NCBI RefSeq assembly: GCF_009914755.1 | Contig: NC_060928.1 | DNA: 64,000 nucleotides | Origin: the human T2T-CHM13v2.0 reference genome, Homo sapiens | Strand: one strand, 5' to 3' | The notes under the pieces: model-generated | What the model was told of the DNA's origin: nothing | Database searches by the model: none | Seen by the model: the letters and a program-made list of their open reading frames with translations, nothing else | Translations under genes and position numbers: made by a program | Part shown: piece by piece, positions 1-12,094 of the stretch | Position numbering within the stretch: the stretch's first letter is position 1 | Layout: each line of letters begins with the position of its first letter

Positions 1-993
1 TTTTTATTAATGTAATAATGCAATTATTTATATAATAATACAATTTATGTAATAATACAATGCATTTGAAGAAAAATATACACTCTCACAAGTTATAGGC
101 ATTTAACTTTCAACAACTAAATAATTTGGTTTTAATTTAGAGATTGTTTTGAAACTAAAATATATAAGTATAGTAAAATAAAAGTCACAGTGTTATAAAA
201 TATAAACCCAACTAATTACAGTATATGTAATTATTTTGTTCTATAACTGAATTAATGTATCACAAATGACCTTTTTCCTTCTTAACTTGGTTTGAGAATA
301 AACTTTTATAATTATAAATATGTAAAATATATCTAGGTATTATATAAAAACTTAGACTGCCAGAGGCTATTATTAATATAATAATGTGACAAGAGAAAAT
401 AATAATATTTAATATAATCTTGACCTAGTTATATCCTTTCTCCAAGAAGACTCTGAGATTTCTGGTAGACATTTCTCTCTTTTTCAATATGCAACGCAAA
501 CTGAATTTATTTCTACTTCATACAAGGAAAGGTTGCACCTCCACATATGCATCAAGCAGCAGATGCCAGATTTAAAAGATAAGACAGAACCTTTGTTCAA
601 ATGCCAATCAATAAACTGGGAAACTCACCACACGTCTCCTTCAGGATGGGACAGTGGTCTGGGCCATACCTTCACAGAAGTGAGTCCAAGGGCAGAGATA
701 CAGGGTCTTTGGGCTCTTACCTCTCAAAATAAGAAAGATAGAGTTGGAAGAATATATTCATAGAAATTCTTACCTTTATTTTTATTATAAAACCCAACGT
801 TTGAAAGTGTGTCAGTACTTCTTGCACTTGGGCAAATAAACAATACTTCAAGTGAAAACTCGCCAGCTTTCTAACCCTATAATTTAGCTTTGTCATTTCT
901 AGAGTTTCATATAAATGAAATCTAGAGTATAAGCTTTTATAGTTGTCTCTCACCCAGCATAATGTTTTCAGACAGGCATTCTTGTTTGGGGAA

Positions 994-1373
994 TGTATCA
1001 GTCTGTTATGGCATTGCTATAAAGAACTACTTGAGACTAGGTAGTTTATGAAGAAAAGAGGTTTAATTGATTCATAGTCCCACAGGCTATACAGAAAGCA
1101 GGGCTGGGGAGGCCTCAGGAGACTTAAAATTTCAGCGGAAGGCAAAGAGGAAGCAGGCACATCTTCACATGGTGGAACGAGAGAGAGAGCAAAGGGGGAA
1201 GTGCTATATGCTTTTAAACAACCAGTCTTGTGAGAACTCTCTCACTATCATGAGAACAGCAAGGGAACGTCTGCCCTCATTAACCAATCACCTCTCACCA
1301 CGCCCCTTTTCCAACACTGGGGATTAAAATTCAACCTGAGATTTGGGTGGGGATACAGAGCCGAAACATCTTA
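994..1373 (-). mobile_element. ERVL-MaLR solo LTR (MST/THE1 type)
   Basis: Starts TGTATCAGTC, contains GAAGAAAAGAGGTTTAATTG and TGAGATTTGGGTGGGGATACAG; near-perfect 5-bp TSD GGGAA (989-993) / GGGAT (1374-1378). Confidence 0.9.
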
Positions 1374-2045
1374 GGGATGTATCAGTAGTTACTCCCTTAT
1401 TGGTTATTGGATGGTATTTCATTCTATAAAATACCACAATTGTTTATTCATTTATCTAATAATGGACATTTGATTTGAATCCAAATGTGGCTATCATAAA
1501 TAAATTTGTGATGAATATGCATATATAAGGCTCTGTATGGATATATGTTTTAATTTATCTTGAGTAAGTACTTAAGAGGGAAATTCTGGGGCACCACAAC
1601 AGATATGCATCAAAAAGTATGAAACTATCTCCCAAAATGTTAACTGCATCAAAAAGTCTCAAACTATTTCCCAAAATGTTTGTAGTTTTTACATTATGTC
1701 AAGCAATATGTGGAGTTTCCACTGTCTCCAAACCTTGCAAGCATTCAGTTTTGGTGGTCATTTTAATTTTAAATATTCTAGTGGGTATGTGTGGTGTGTC
1801 GTTGTGGTTTTCATTTACAATTCTTTGACAACAATGGTGTTGTGAATCCTTGCATGTGCACATTGGCAATTCATTTTATTTTTGAAGATTTAAGTTATAA
1901 AAAATTTTTAAACCATTTTGCCTTTTCATTGTTGAGTTCCAAGAATTTACTATAATTTGATTAATTAGTCCTCTATCATGTGTACAAATTGTAAATATAT
2001 TATTTCAGCTTTTTACTTGCCTTTTTAGTTCCTTAAGACTTTTCA

Positions 2046-2256
2046 CAGCCGGGGAAACATGGATAAACCTCATATTTAAATAAAATGTATAAAAAATATA
2101 TAGCTGCATGTGGTGGCTTGAATCTATAGTCCGAGCTACCTAGCAGGCTAAGGTGGGAGGATCACTTAAGCCTGGGAGATGGAGGCTGCAATGAGCTGTG
2201 ATTGTGCCACTGAACTCCAGCCTGGGCAAGAAGTGAGATCTTGTCTCAAAAAAAAA
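2046..2256 (+). mobile_element. 5'-truncated AluJ-like SINE
   Basis: Right arm GGTGGGAGGATCACTTAAGCCTGGGAG...TCCAGCCTGGGCAA followed by a poly-A tail. Confidence 0.9.
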
Positions 2257-2814
2257 CAAATCTTTTCAAGTAGAGAAATTTTTAAATTTGGTAAAGCATG
2301 ATTATTTTTCTCTTATAGCATGGGCTTGTGTTCCATTTTGGAAATATTTACCTCCTTCATGTTATAAAGATGCTAAAATTTTAAAGCTGTGTCCAACAAG
2401 CAAGGAGAAATGTACAAGTGACAAAACCATAGTATAAGAACATAAAAAAACCAAAAGATCAGATTGGAGGGGTATAGACATAGACTCAGTTGACCTTCAG
2501 AACTACACCAATCAGTGGGAACACTATTTGCAAATTTGTTTTTGGAATCTGATCTAAGGCCGGCCATCATCAACTGCAGTCTGACATGCTCATGTCTCCA
2601 AGTAAATGGAATGAAATAAAACAGTTCTCAGAGTCCCTAGGACGAAATTGAAAAAAAGTCTGTATAGTTTTGAAAAACATGACTAAAACAAACTTTTCCA
2701 ATGACTTCTCTCTGATAAGACCTTTTGAAATCTTCAGGACTTAGGGCCACATTAAGGGTAGATTTAATGTATATGTGACCTTTCTTGCACTATTAGCTTC
2801 TTCTCATAGATATA

Positions 2815-2882
2815 CAGTTGACCCTAGAATAACACCAGTTGAACTGTTTGGATCCACTTATATGTGCACTTTTTAAAATAAG
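2815..2882 (+). mobile_element. Tigger-type (TcMar) DNA transposon terminal fragment
   Basis: TA followed by CAGTTGACCCTAGAATAACACCAGTTGAACTG...GATCCACTTATATG, resembling the Tigger2-like terminal inverted repeat. Confidence 0.65.
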
Positions 2883-3114
2883 TTCCATCAGCCCTCATCA
2901 ATGGTTCTGGTCTATAACCATGGGAATTTTCGTCGAAATTCACTGTAACCCATTTTTTTCATGAAGCTGACCAAAGAAAGTTCACTAGAAACATACTTGT
3001 ACTCAGACAAATTTAGTTTATTTATCTTGCTGCTGTAAGGGAGGATACACTGTCCAAAACAAATAAAAAACAAAACCTGGGAGCATTTTGGTAAAGAACA
3101 GTAGGAAGGAGGCT

Positions 3115-3618
3115 TTTACTAGTTTTCTATTACTGCTGTAATGAAGTACCACAAACTTCTTACTTAAAACAGCGCAAATGTATTATTTTAAAATTCTGGA
3201 GATTAGAAATCCAAATGGCTCATCAAGCTAAAATCAAGGTATTGGAAGTTCTGTGTTCTTTTTCAAGTCTCTAGGAAAGCCTCCATTTACTTGCCTTTTC
3301 CAGCTTCTAGAAGTCACCTGAGTGTATTAGCATGTAACCCACTTCTCCATTTTCAAGGTCAGAAATCATATCACTCTAACCTCTATCCATTGTCATGTGT
3401 TCTTCTTTGACATGAATGTTCTTGCATCTTTCTAAAACATATAAACAGTCTTGTAATTATACGAGGTCCACTGCATAATACAAAGTTGTCTTTCCAGTTC
3501 GTATCCTTAATTTAATCACACTGGCAAAGTCACTTTTGCTGTATAAGGTGATATGTTTATAGGTGCCAGAAATTTGAAGGAGGACATCTTCAAGTGGGCA
3601 ATAATTCTGCCTACCACA
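3115..3618 (-). mobile_element. MLT1-type MaLR solo LTR
   Basis: TACTGCTGTAATGAAGTACCACAAAC at the start, ATAATTCTGCCTACCACA at the end. Confidence 0.8.
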
Positions 3619-4149
3619 AGCTTCCTACAGACCTTTTAGTTTTTGCTGGGCTAAAGAAGTACTCAGTAATTATGAGAGTTTTGGATTGAATAATGTCTGA
3701 AAGTGAGGGACATTCATGATCATGCATCTTAATAAGTTTTATTCATGATGAAGCCAGGAATAGGATTATCACTTGTAAAAGGAGATTTACATGGGAAAAA
3801 GGAATTTTCACACCCATCCAGTGCATGCAGGTAAAGAAAAAGACTTCCTTTAAATGAGAATATTATTATTGGTGAATGTATGCAAAATATGACTCAAATG
3901 AAGAATAACAGAATGCAAAAGGAAGACTCCAAAATATTTAGAATGTAAATAAGATCAACTTTTTAATGTGTTCGGGATTTATTCAGAGAAATGAAGTATA
4001 ATCCAGACATCCAAAATATTACCAGTAAAATCAGTTTAATGTATTTGTTATCTAGATCTTAATAAAGTAAATCTATAGATATTACATTTTTTAAGTGACA
4101 AAACATTTACTGTCACAGATAATTTTCAGATGGCAATCTACTTGTAAAT

Positions 4150-5080
4150 ATTCAAGTAGATGAGACATGTTCAGGAAATAAAGAAGTAGCACAAAGGGAG
4201 TTTTAGAAAAATCATGTTTAAGAATACATGGATATAAAGTGAATAGTGAGATTAAAAGTTTGAGATAAGATTATGGGTTGTCTGAAGTACCAGATGATGG
4301 AAAATAATTTGATCTTATCATCCATGATAACTGAAAACTGATAACACTGAGATAGGTAGTAATTATAATAAAAGTGATATTCGGGAACACTGATCTATGA
4401 GTGTCATTTGTGATAAATTAGAATAGACTCAGATAAAACATTTAGAACACTACTATGTTATGCAGATATGAAGAGATTAAAAACAGAGTTAGACTGGAAA
4501 GGAAGTAATAAATTTAAGTAATGTTGAAAGAAAAGATTTTTTTTTTTAGATTTTATTGCAAGACTATGAATGTAGAATGGGGAAAAGAAAATAGAAAGAT
4601 GATTTTGCATTTTGGAGAATAAATTGGTAGACAAATAGACATAATGATTGTTAAAGTACAAAGAGAACACTTTTAGCCATGATGATTTTAGGTACATTTG
4701 GATGGACAAATAAAATGTATTTGCTTATATGTTTGATACTCATTAGAGAAATAAGAAATAGGAATGTAGGTATTTTGTTACATATTCACGTGTTCAAATA
4801 TTCAGTAACAGACAATATGAACATTGTATGTATACACACATAGAAAACTTGAGTAGTCCCTTACCAGAGGTGTCTGATGAAAGGAGACATAAAGGGACCA
4901 TGGAGAAACATGAAGCAAAACTGAGGGCCTGGAAATATAATGGGAAAAAGATGAGTTTATCGAGAAAAAAAAAAAAAAATATGCATGGACATTAAATGCC
5001 TCAGTGAAGCAAAGGGAACTGTGACTGCAGGAAAATGCCATTGAATATAAAGCAGTTAATTCGGTTATTTTAAGTATCAA
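4150..5080 (-). mobile_element. Highly decayed L2 fragments
   Basis: Purine-rich sequence resembling antisense L2; weak match, boundaries approximate. Confidence 0.4.
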
Positions 5081-6108
5081 AAAATAATCCCATTAAAGTT
5101 TTAAAAATTAGACTCTTTTTTCTACTTTGTCTGACTAATGTTGTTTATGAATTATATTTAGGAAAATATTAAGACTGTAGAAAAGCAATGGAATAAATGT
5201 GAATTCTTGTTAAAATGTGAAGTTTTTTTTACTATCAAAAGAAAATTAGCTACATGGTATTAAGTTGAAACATTAAGAAATATTAAAAGCTATAAAGTAT
5301 AAAAATTCTGATGTATTATTTGGGTTTATTTTTTGAATTGAATAAACTGTAATTGGACAGGAATTTATATTTAATTATAGACATTTTTACAATTATTGAA
5401 CATTTAGCAGCATCCAGCATAGTGATAGACAACAAGATGTATTGGACAAGGAAAAACTTTTTAATTTTATGTTGGCTATTCTTGTAAAAGTTTATAAACT
5501 AACGTTACTTTGAGTTTGAGCCTTTAACATTTATATTCCAAACATCCCTTTGAGGTTATTTAGGATCTTCAGGTTATTTACAGACTAATGAATTAAAGTA
5601 AACTCTTTCCCAGAATGCTGTAAAAGCATGAAAAAAAAGTTTGCATTTCTATAGAGAGACAAATATGAAGGACTGATACTTCTTTCCTTTAATTGAATAA
5701 TTGCTTGAGTCTCACCACACTCTCAACAACTGGAGCAGGACCAATAACAGTATATGTACTATGAAATCTTAGAAGATTTAATTGTTTTATTGGAAAATAA
5801 TTTAAACTTCATGTTGGAATTAATTATTAGAAGCGTCATTTGAAAGATTCAAAGTAATAAAATATTTTAACTTTTAACTTTTAATTTTAAAATACACATT
5901 TTTAAACATGAACAACACAAAACATGTTTCAGGGTTATCATACTAAGAAATAGTAAGACCTCAATAATAGATTTGACTTACTTTATCCTTACTAAAGTTG
6001 GACTCTACATTTTAAGGACTTCATCTGCTCCATCTACTATTCTGAAACACTACAATGGATATTTAGCCATGATGAACAGTTATCCAGTGACTACATCTAC
6101 CTTCTTAT

Positions 6109-6865
6109 TGGGAGACTGGACTAGCTGGATTTTCCAGGCTGACTAAGAATTCCTAAGCCTATATGGGGAAGGTGACCACACCCACCTTTAAACACGGGGC
6201 TATAACTCAGCTCACACCCAACCAATCTGGTAGTAAAGAGAACTCACTAAAATACCAATTAGGCTAAAAGCAAGAGGTAAAGAAATAGTCAATCATCTAT
6301 TACCTGAGAGCACAGGGGGAGGGACAATGATTGGGATATAAACCCAGGCATTCATGCCAGCAGTGGTAGCCTCCTTTGGGTCCCCTCCCATTGTATGGGA
6401 GCTCTGTTTTCACTCTATTAAATCTTGCAGCTGCATACTCTTCTGGTCTGTGTTTGTTCCGGCTCAAGCTGAGCTTTCACTCACTGTCCATCACTGGTGA
6501 TCACCATCATCGCAGAACCACAACTGACTTCCAGCCCTCCGGATCCGGCAGGGTGTCTGCTATGCTTCTGATGCAGCGAGGCACCCATTGCTGCTCCCAA
6601 TTGGACTAAAACCTCGCCATTTTTCCTGTGCGGCTAAGTGCCCGGGTTCATACTAATTGAGCTGAGCACTAGTCACTGGGTTCCACAGTTCTCTTCCATG
6701 ACCCACAGCTTCTAATAGAGCTATAACACTGCATGGCCCAAGTTTCCATTCCTTGGAAGCCATGAGACCAAGAACCCCAGGTCAGAGAACAAAAGGCTTG
6801 CTGCCATCTTGGGAGCAGCCCACCACCATCTTGGGAGCTCTGGGAGCAAATACCCGCCAGTAATC
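6109..6865 (+). mobile_element. 5' LTR17
   Basis: TGGGAGACTGGACTAGCTGGATTT...GCCAGTAA; CCAAT 6222-6226, TATAAA 6337-6342, ATTAAA 6417-6422; terminal CA altered. Confidence 0.96.
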
Positions 6866-6867
6866 CC

Positions 6868-6885
6868 TGGTGGCCTGCACAGGGA
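6868..6885 (+). promoter_or_regulatory. Primer binding site, tRNA-Ile(AAU)-like
   Basis: TGGTGGCCTGCACAGGGA directly after the 5' LTR; 15/18 match to the recalled complement of tRNA-Ile(AAU), TGGTGGCCCGTACGGGGA. Confidence 0.75.
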
Positions 6886-6897
6886 TTCTCCAAAGTG

Positions 6898-6903
6898 GTG
6901 AGT
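6898..6903 (+). promoter_or_regulatory. HERV-W major splice donor
   Basis: AAGTG|GTGAGTAAT just downstream of the PBS, the usual position for this donor. Confidence 0.7.
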
Positions 6904-7861
6904 AATATCGGACCACTTTTGCTTGCTATTCTGTCCTATCCTTCCTTAGAATTGGAGGAAAATACCGGGCACCTGTCAGCTGGGTAAAAACAATTAGCTT
7001 GGCCACCGGACTTAAGACTCAGATGTGAGGCTTTCTGGGAAAAGGCTTTCTAACAACCTTCACCCCTTCTGGGTTGAGAGCATTGGTCTGCCTGGAACCA
7101 GCTTCTGCTTTCACAATATTCCTGGGGAAAGCTGAGGGCCAACTAGAGGCAGAAAGCTGTTATCCCAAACTCCCAGCATTGGCCGGTCAAGATCATGGCA
7201 CAGCCAGAAGTCTCTACTCAACAGTCTCCCATGCGTGCACCCCTACCTCTCCTTCTGACCCATACCTCCTGTGTTCTGACCATGATTTTCTTGAAAGTGT
7301 AGCCCCCAAATTATCCTTACCACTGAATCTACTTCCTCTGATCTCTGCCTCCTAATTACTAATGCTACAGACTTTCACCTCCTCTCGCAAGTATTAGAGC
7401 AAGCTGTATTTCCAAAGGGATCTAAGGAAGCTCTATGCTGTGTCCTAAGGCACCTAGGCTGTGAACCCAGGGAGTCTTGCTCCTGGTGTCCCTCCCAATT
7501 TAGGTATACAGCTCTCAACATGGGCAGTTATGTGGGACCCATTCTGTATCACCCTTGCCAGGGCCCCAAGTTTGTAAATGGCTAGGAGGATTGCTCTCCC
7601 ATTGTGTAAAATGCTCTCCTCCCCCAATTTCTACCCAGCTTACCCCCCTTCAAATACAATCCCTAAGCCTCAGTTCCTTTGCCAGGGCCTTAGAACTGAC
7701 AACCCAGTACTTTAACAACTGGAACTGGGTATACGACAACGTAATAGATCAGGATGAAAGCGAATTTAGTAAATTAAAGGGAGGTGCATATTCCTATAGT
7801 GGCAAATGGGGGTAACAAGTGAACATCCTTCTGCTGTGTTCCCAAAATCCATATACCAAGA

Positions 7862-7990
7862 GGCAGAGAGAGAGAGGAAAGAGAGAGAGGGGAAGAGAGA
7901 GAAAGGCAAAGAGAGAAAGAAAAGAGAGGAAGAGAGAAAGAAAGAGAAAGTCAGAGAGAGAAAGAAAGAGATAGAAGTAGTAAAGAAAAG
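7862..7990 (+). repeat. AG-rich low-complexity tract in the HERV-W pre-gag leader
   Basis: (GA)n/GAAA purine run; a recognised feature of the HERV-W leader. Confidence 0.85.
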
Positions 7991-8795
7991 ACAGGGTACC
8001 CTATTCCTTTAAAAGCCAGGGTAAATTTAAAACCTATAATTGATAATAGAAGGTCTTCTCCATGACCCTATAACCCTCCAATACCACCTTGTTGTCAGTG
8101 CAAACAAGGGGGTAGCCCAAAAGCACTGAGACCACTGACAACCCATAGCCTTCCTATCAAAAATCCTTAACCCAGTAGCAGCAACTGCTTTGCTAGTGAA
8201 GAAAGTAGAAAAATAACTTTTAGAGGAAACCTCATTGTGAGCACAACTTACCAGTTCAGAACTATCCTAAGTCAAAAAAGCAAAAAGGTAGCTTACTAAC
8301 GCAAAAATCTTAAAGTATGGGGCTATTCTGTTAGAAAAAGATGATTTAACACTAACTATGGAAAATTCCCTTAACCCAGCAGATTTTCTAACAGGGGATT
8401 TAAATCTTAATTACCATACAAAGGTCCGACCAGACCTAGGAGGAACCCCCTTCAGGACAGGAAGATAGATGGTTCCTCCTGGGTGATTGAGAAAAAAAAC
8501 CACAATGGGTATTCAGTAAGTGATAGGGAAACTCTTATAAAAGCAGAGAGGAAAACTGCCTAATAATTGGTGTGCTCAAACTTGTGAGCTGTTTGCACTC
8601 AGCCAAACCTTAAAGTACTTGCAGAATCAAAAAAACCATCTATACCACTTCTAAGTGAATTTGGACTAATCAAGGTCTTATTAATAGCAAAGGATAATTG
8701 AAATCCCAAACTTACAAGGTTTTCAACAAAAGTAAAGTTTGCTCCAAGTTAACAGTGTAACCTGTATTATCCTAACTTCTAATCTTGTGGCCTTA

Positions 8796-9501
8796 TGAGA
8801 GGAGGTGCCAGCTGGGCTTCCTGGGTCGAGTAGGGGCTCAGAAAGCTGTGAAACTCACTCGTTTCCTGCATCTGGATTTACTTTCATCTTGGATGAATAA
8901 TATTGAAGATAAATGCTTAAAATATTCCTAACATCAGAATTTGTGCATGTGTTTTCTTCCCCAAGAAAGCTGTAAACAGCGAAAATTTTGCTGTAAGCTT
9001 CCCTGTGTCCTCTCTCCCTCTCTCTCTCTTTTCCCCCTCCCCTGAAACTAAAAGGAATGTTAAAAGCTCATTTTTCTGTGACCAGCAGACTTTGTCTATG
9101 CTCCCAATACCAATTCCCTGTAAACATAATTTGTAAAATCCTGTGAGATCCTGTCTCCTTTGCCATGCTGCTATAAAGTCATAAAGTAGAAAAAACTTAA
9201 TTTGCAATTCCAGTTTTTCTCAAGATCTGAGACATCTTAATTGTCTTTGTTTCTCACTCTGGTAACATCTTCCTGCTGCACGTATTTCCCACCTTAAAGA
9301 GTTTAAAAGGTGATAGAAAAATCCAACACTGGCTACCCGCTCAGGACCCCTTCCACGCTGTGGAAGCTTTGTATTGTCACTCTGTTCGATAAAGCCTACA
9401 GCTCTTTTTTTCTCTCGATCCAATCCATGTCTCTCTCACACCATGGGCTGCTGCCACACTAATTCTTTCACGTGGCTCAGTCAAGAACCTTTGGCGTTAC
9501 A
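8796..9501 (+). mobile_element. ERV1 solo LTR (LTR30-like) inserted in the HERV-W leader
   Basis: TGAGAGGAGGTGCCAGCTGGGCTTCCTGGGTCGAGTAGGGG...GGCGTTACA with TG...CA ends; HERV-W leader sequence resumes after it; homologous to 14200-14898. Confidence 0.85.
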
Positions 9502-9987
9502 TTTGGACGGTCTAGTCCACAGACACAAAGGAAGTTCACTTTGGAAAAAATGGTTATCATCTTCAAAAAAAAAACTCTTATCTCAATCCTGACTCAAAAG
9601 CTTACCTACACCCTCTCTGAAACGAATTTGCATAAGAACTGTTGTTTATGGGAATGCATCCTGATGGGGCAACTGGGTTGTTATGAAATACTCAGGAACC
9701 CAGCCCAGCTCTAGAACTCACCCCTGAGCACAAAGGCAATGTTGGGCACACTGGTAAAGGACCACTAGAATCCAGCAGCCCTGACCCCTTTCTTTGTGGT
9801 CAAGAAAGGTGGCAAAACAGGTGCAGGACTGCTACATCGGTGAGCCTAACTAATCTGATAAGCAGAGGTCCATGAGTCGTTATGCACCCTGGAAAGGAAT
9901 AATCATTAGGACCAAAGAGGATGCTCTAGGACTAATGCTCATTGAAAAATGACTAGGGGTGCTGGCATCCCTATGTTCCTTTTTCAG

Positions 9988-10867
9988 ATGGAAAACTTTC
10001 CCCCAAAGCAAAAACACCCCTAAGATGTATTCTGGAGAGATATAATGTTACTGCTAGATCAGACAGTAACCCCAAATGAGAGAAGTGCCACCATAACTGC
10101 AGCCCGAGGGTTTGGTGATCTCTGGCATCTCAGACAGGTCAATGATAGGATGACAACAGAAGAAAGAGAACAAGTCCCCACAGGCCAGCAGGCACTAGAG
10201 TGTAGACCCTTATTGGGATGCAGAATCAGAACATGGAGATTGGTGCCACAGACATTTCTAACTTGCATGCTAGAAGGACTAAGGAAAACTAGGAAGAAGC
10301 CTATGAATTATTCAATGATGTCCACTATAACACAGGGAAAGGAAAAAATTCCTACTGCCTTTCTGGAGAGACTAAGGGAGGCATTGAGGAAGCACACCTC
10401 TCTATCAACTGACTCTACTGAAGGCCAACTAATCTTAAAGGATAAGTTTATCACTCAGTCAGCTGCAGACATTAGAAAAAAACTTCAAAAGTCTGCCTTA
10501 GGCCCAGAGAAAACTTAGAAACCCTACTGAACTTGGCAACCTCAGTTTTTTATAATAGAGATCAGGAGGAGCAGGAGGAATGGGACAAATGGGATAAAAA
10601 AAGGCCACCGCTTTAGTCATGGCCCTCAGGCAAACGGACTTTGGAGGCTCTGGAAAAGGGAAAGGCTGGGCAAATCGAATGCCCAATACGGCTTGCTTCC
10701 AGTGAGGTCTACAAGGACACTTTAAAAAAGATTGTCCTAAAAGAAATAAGCCGCCCCCTCATCCATGTCCCTTATGTCAAGGGAATTACTGGAAGGCCCA
10801 CTGCCCCAGGAGAAGAAGGTCCTCTGAGTCAGAAGCCACTAACCAGATGATCCAGCAGCAGGACTGA
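9988..10867 (+). pseudogene. gag: HERV-W gag remnant (MA and CA N-terminus deleted; frameshifts and stops)
   Basis: ATG at 9988; capsid MHR-like ITQGKEKIPTAFLERLREALRKHT in ORF 10045-10518; zinc knuckle CFQ*GLQGHFKKDC with TGA at 10703-10705; ends QQQD-TGA at 10865-10867. Confidence 0.92.
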
Positions 10868-11677
10868 GGGTTCCCAGGGCAAGTGCCAGCCCATGCCATC
10901 ACCCTCACAGAGCCCCAGGTATGCTTGACCATTGAGGGCCAGGAGGTTAACCGTTTCCTGGACACTGGTGTGGCCTTCTCAGTCTTACTCTTTTGTCCTG
11001 GACAACTGTCCTCCATATCTGTCACTATCTGAGGGGTCCTTGGACAGGCAGTCACTAGATACCTCTCCCAGCCACTAAGTTGTGACTGGGGAACTTTACT
11101 CTTTTCACATGCTTTTCTAATTATGACTGAAAGCCCCAGTCCTTTGTTAGGGAGAGACATCCTAGCAAAAGCAGGGGCCATTACACACCTGAACATAGGA
11201 GAAGGAACACCTGTTTGTTGTCCCCTACTTGAGGAAGAAATGAATCCTGAAGTCTGGGCAACAGAAGGATAATATGGATGGACGAGTGAAGAATGCCCGT
11301 CCCGTTCAAGTTAAACTAAAGGATTCTGCCTCCTTTCCCTACCAAAGACAGTACCCCCTTAGACCTGAGGCCCAACAATGACTCCAAAACATTATTAAGG
11401 ACCTAAAAGCCCAAGGCCTAGTAAAACCATGCAATGGCCCCCAAAATACTCCAATTTTAGGAGTACAGAAACTCAACAGACAGTGGAGGTTAGTGCAAGA
11501 TCTCAGGATTATCAGTGAGGCCGTAGTTCCTCTATACTGAGCTGTACCTAAACCTTACACTTTGCTTTCCCAAATACCAGAGGAAGGAGTGTGGTTTACA
11601 GCCTGGACCATAAGGATGCCTTTTTCTGCATCCCTATACATCCTGACTCTCAATTCTTGTTTGCCTTTGAAGATCCT
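10868..11677 (+). pseudogene. pol: HERV-W protease and RT N-terminus remnant
   Basis: Protease DTG at 10961-10969 and GRDIL near 11150; RT motifs QYPLRPEA, NTPILGVQK, WRLVQDLR, DHKDAFF; in-frame stops; truncated after AFEDP. Confidence 0.92.
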
Positions 11678-12036
11678 CCATACCCATACTCACCTGGTAA
11701 GCCTATTTAATACCACCCTCACTGGGCTCCATGAAGCCTTGTCCCAAACCCTACTAACTGTTGGATGTGCCTCCTCCTGCACTTCAGGCCATACATTTCA
11801 ATCCCTGTATTTTTAGCCTTCTTGCTAAGTTTGTCTCTTCCAGAATCGAAGCTGTAAAACTACAAATTGTTCTTCAAACGGAGCCCCAGATGCAGCCTAT
11901 GAGTAAGATCTACCACAGACCCCTGGACCAGCCTGCTAGCCCATGCTCCAATGTGTATGACATTGAAGGCACCCCTCCAGAGGAAATCTCAACTGCACAA
12001 CCCCTACTACACCTCAATTCAGCAGGAAGCAGTTAG
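11675..12036 (+). pseudogene. env: HERV-W env remnant (short SU piece fused to the cytoplasmic tail); syncytin-1 paralog
   Basis: HTHLVSLFNTTLTGLHE matches syncytin-1 SU; PCIFSLLAKFVSSRIEAVKLQ...PPEEISTAQPLLHLNSAGSS* matches the TM tail. Confidence 0.93.
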
Positions 12037-12094
12037 AGCACTTGTCGGCCAACCTCCCCAACAGCACTTGGGTTTTCCTGTTGAGAGGGGGCAC

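Larger units (their letters stand above)
860..2360 (-). mobile_element. Old L1M (L1MB/ME-type) 3' region, interrupted by an MST LTR and an Alu
   Basis: Antisense L1M motifs such as TTTCATATAAATGAAATC, ACCACAATTGTTTATTCATT and GGTGTGTCGTTGTGGTTTTCATTTAC; boundaries approximate. Confidence 0.7.

Noticed and set aside
11562-12036. Syncytin-like domesticated env gene
   Set aside because: Signal peptide, furin site, fusion peptide, ISD and membrane anchor are all deleted; only two short out-of-frame pieces remain.
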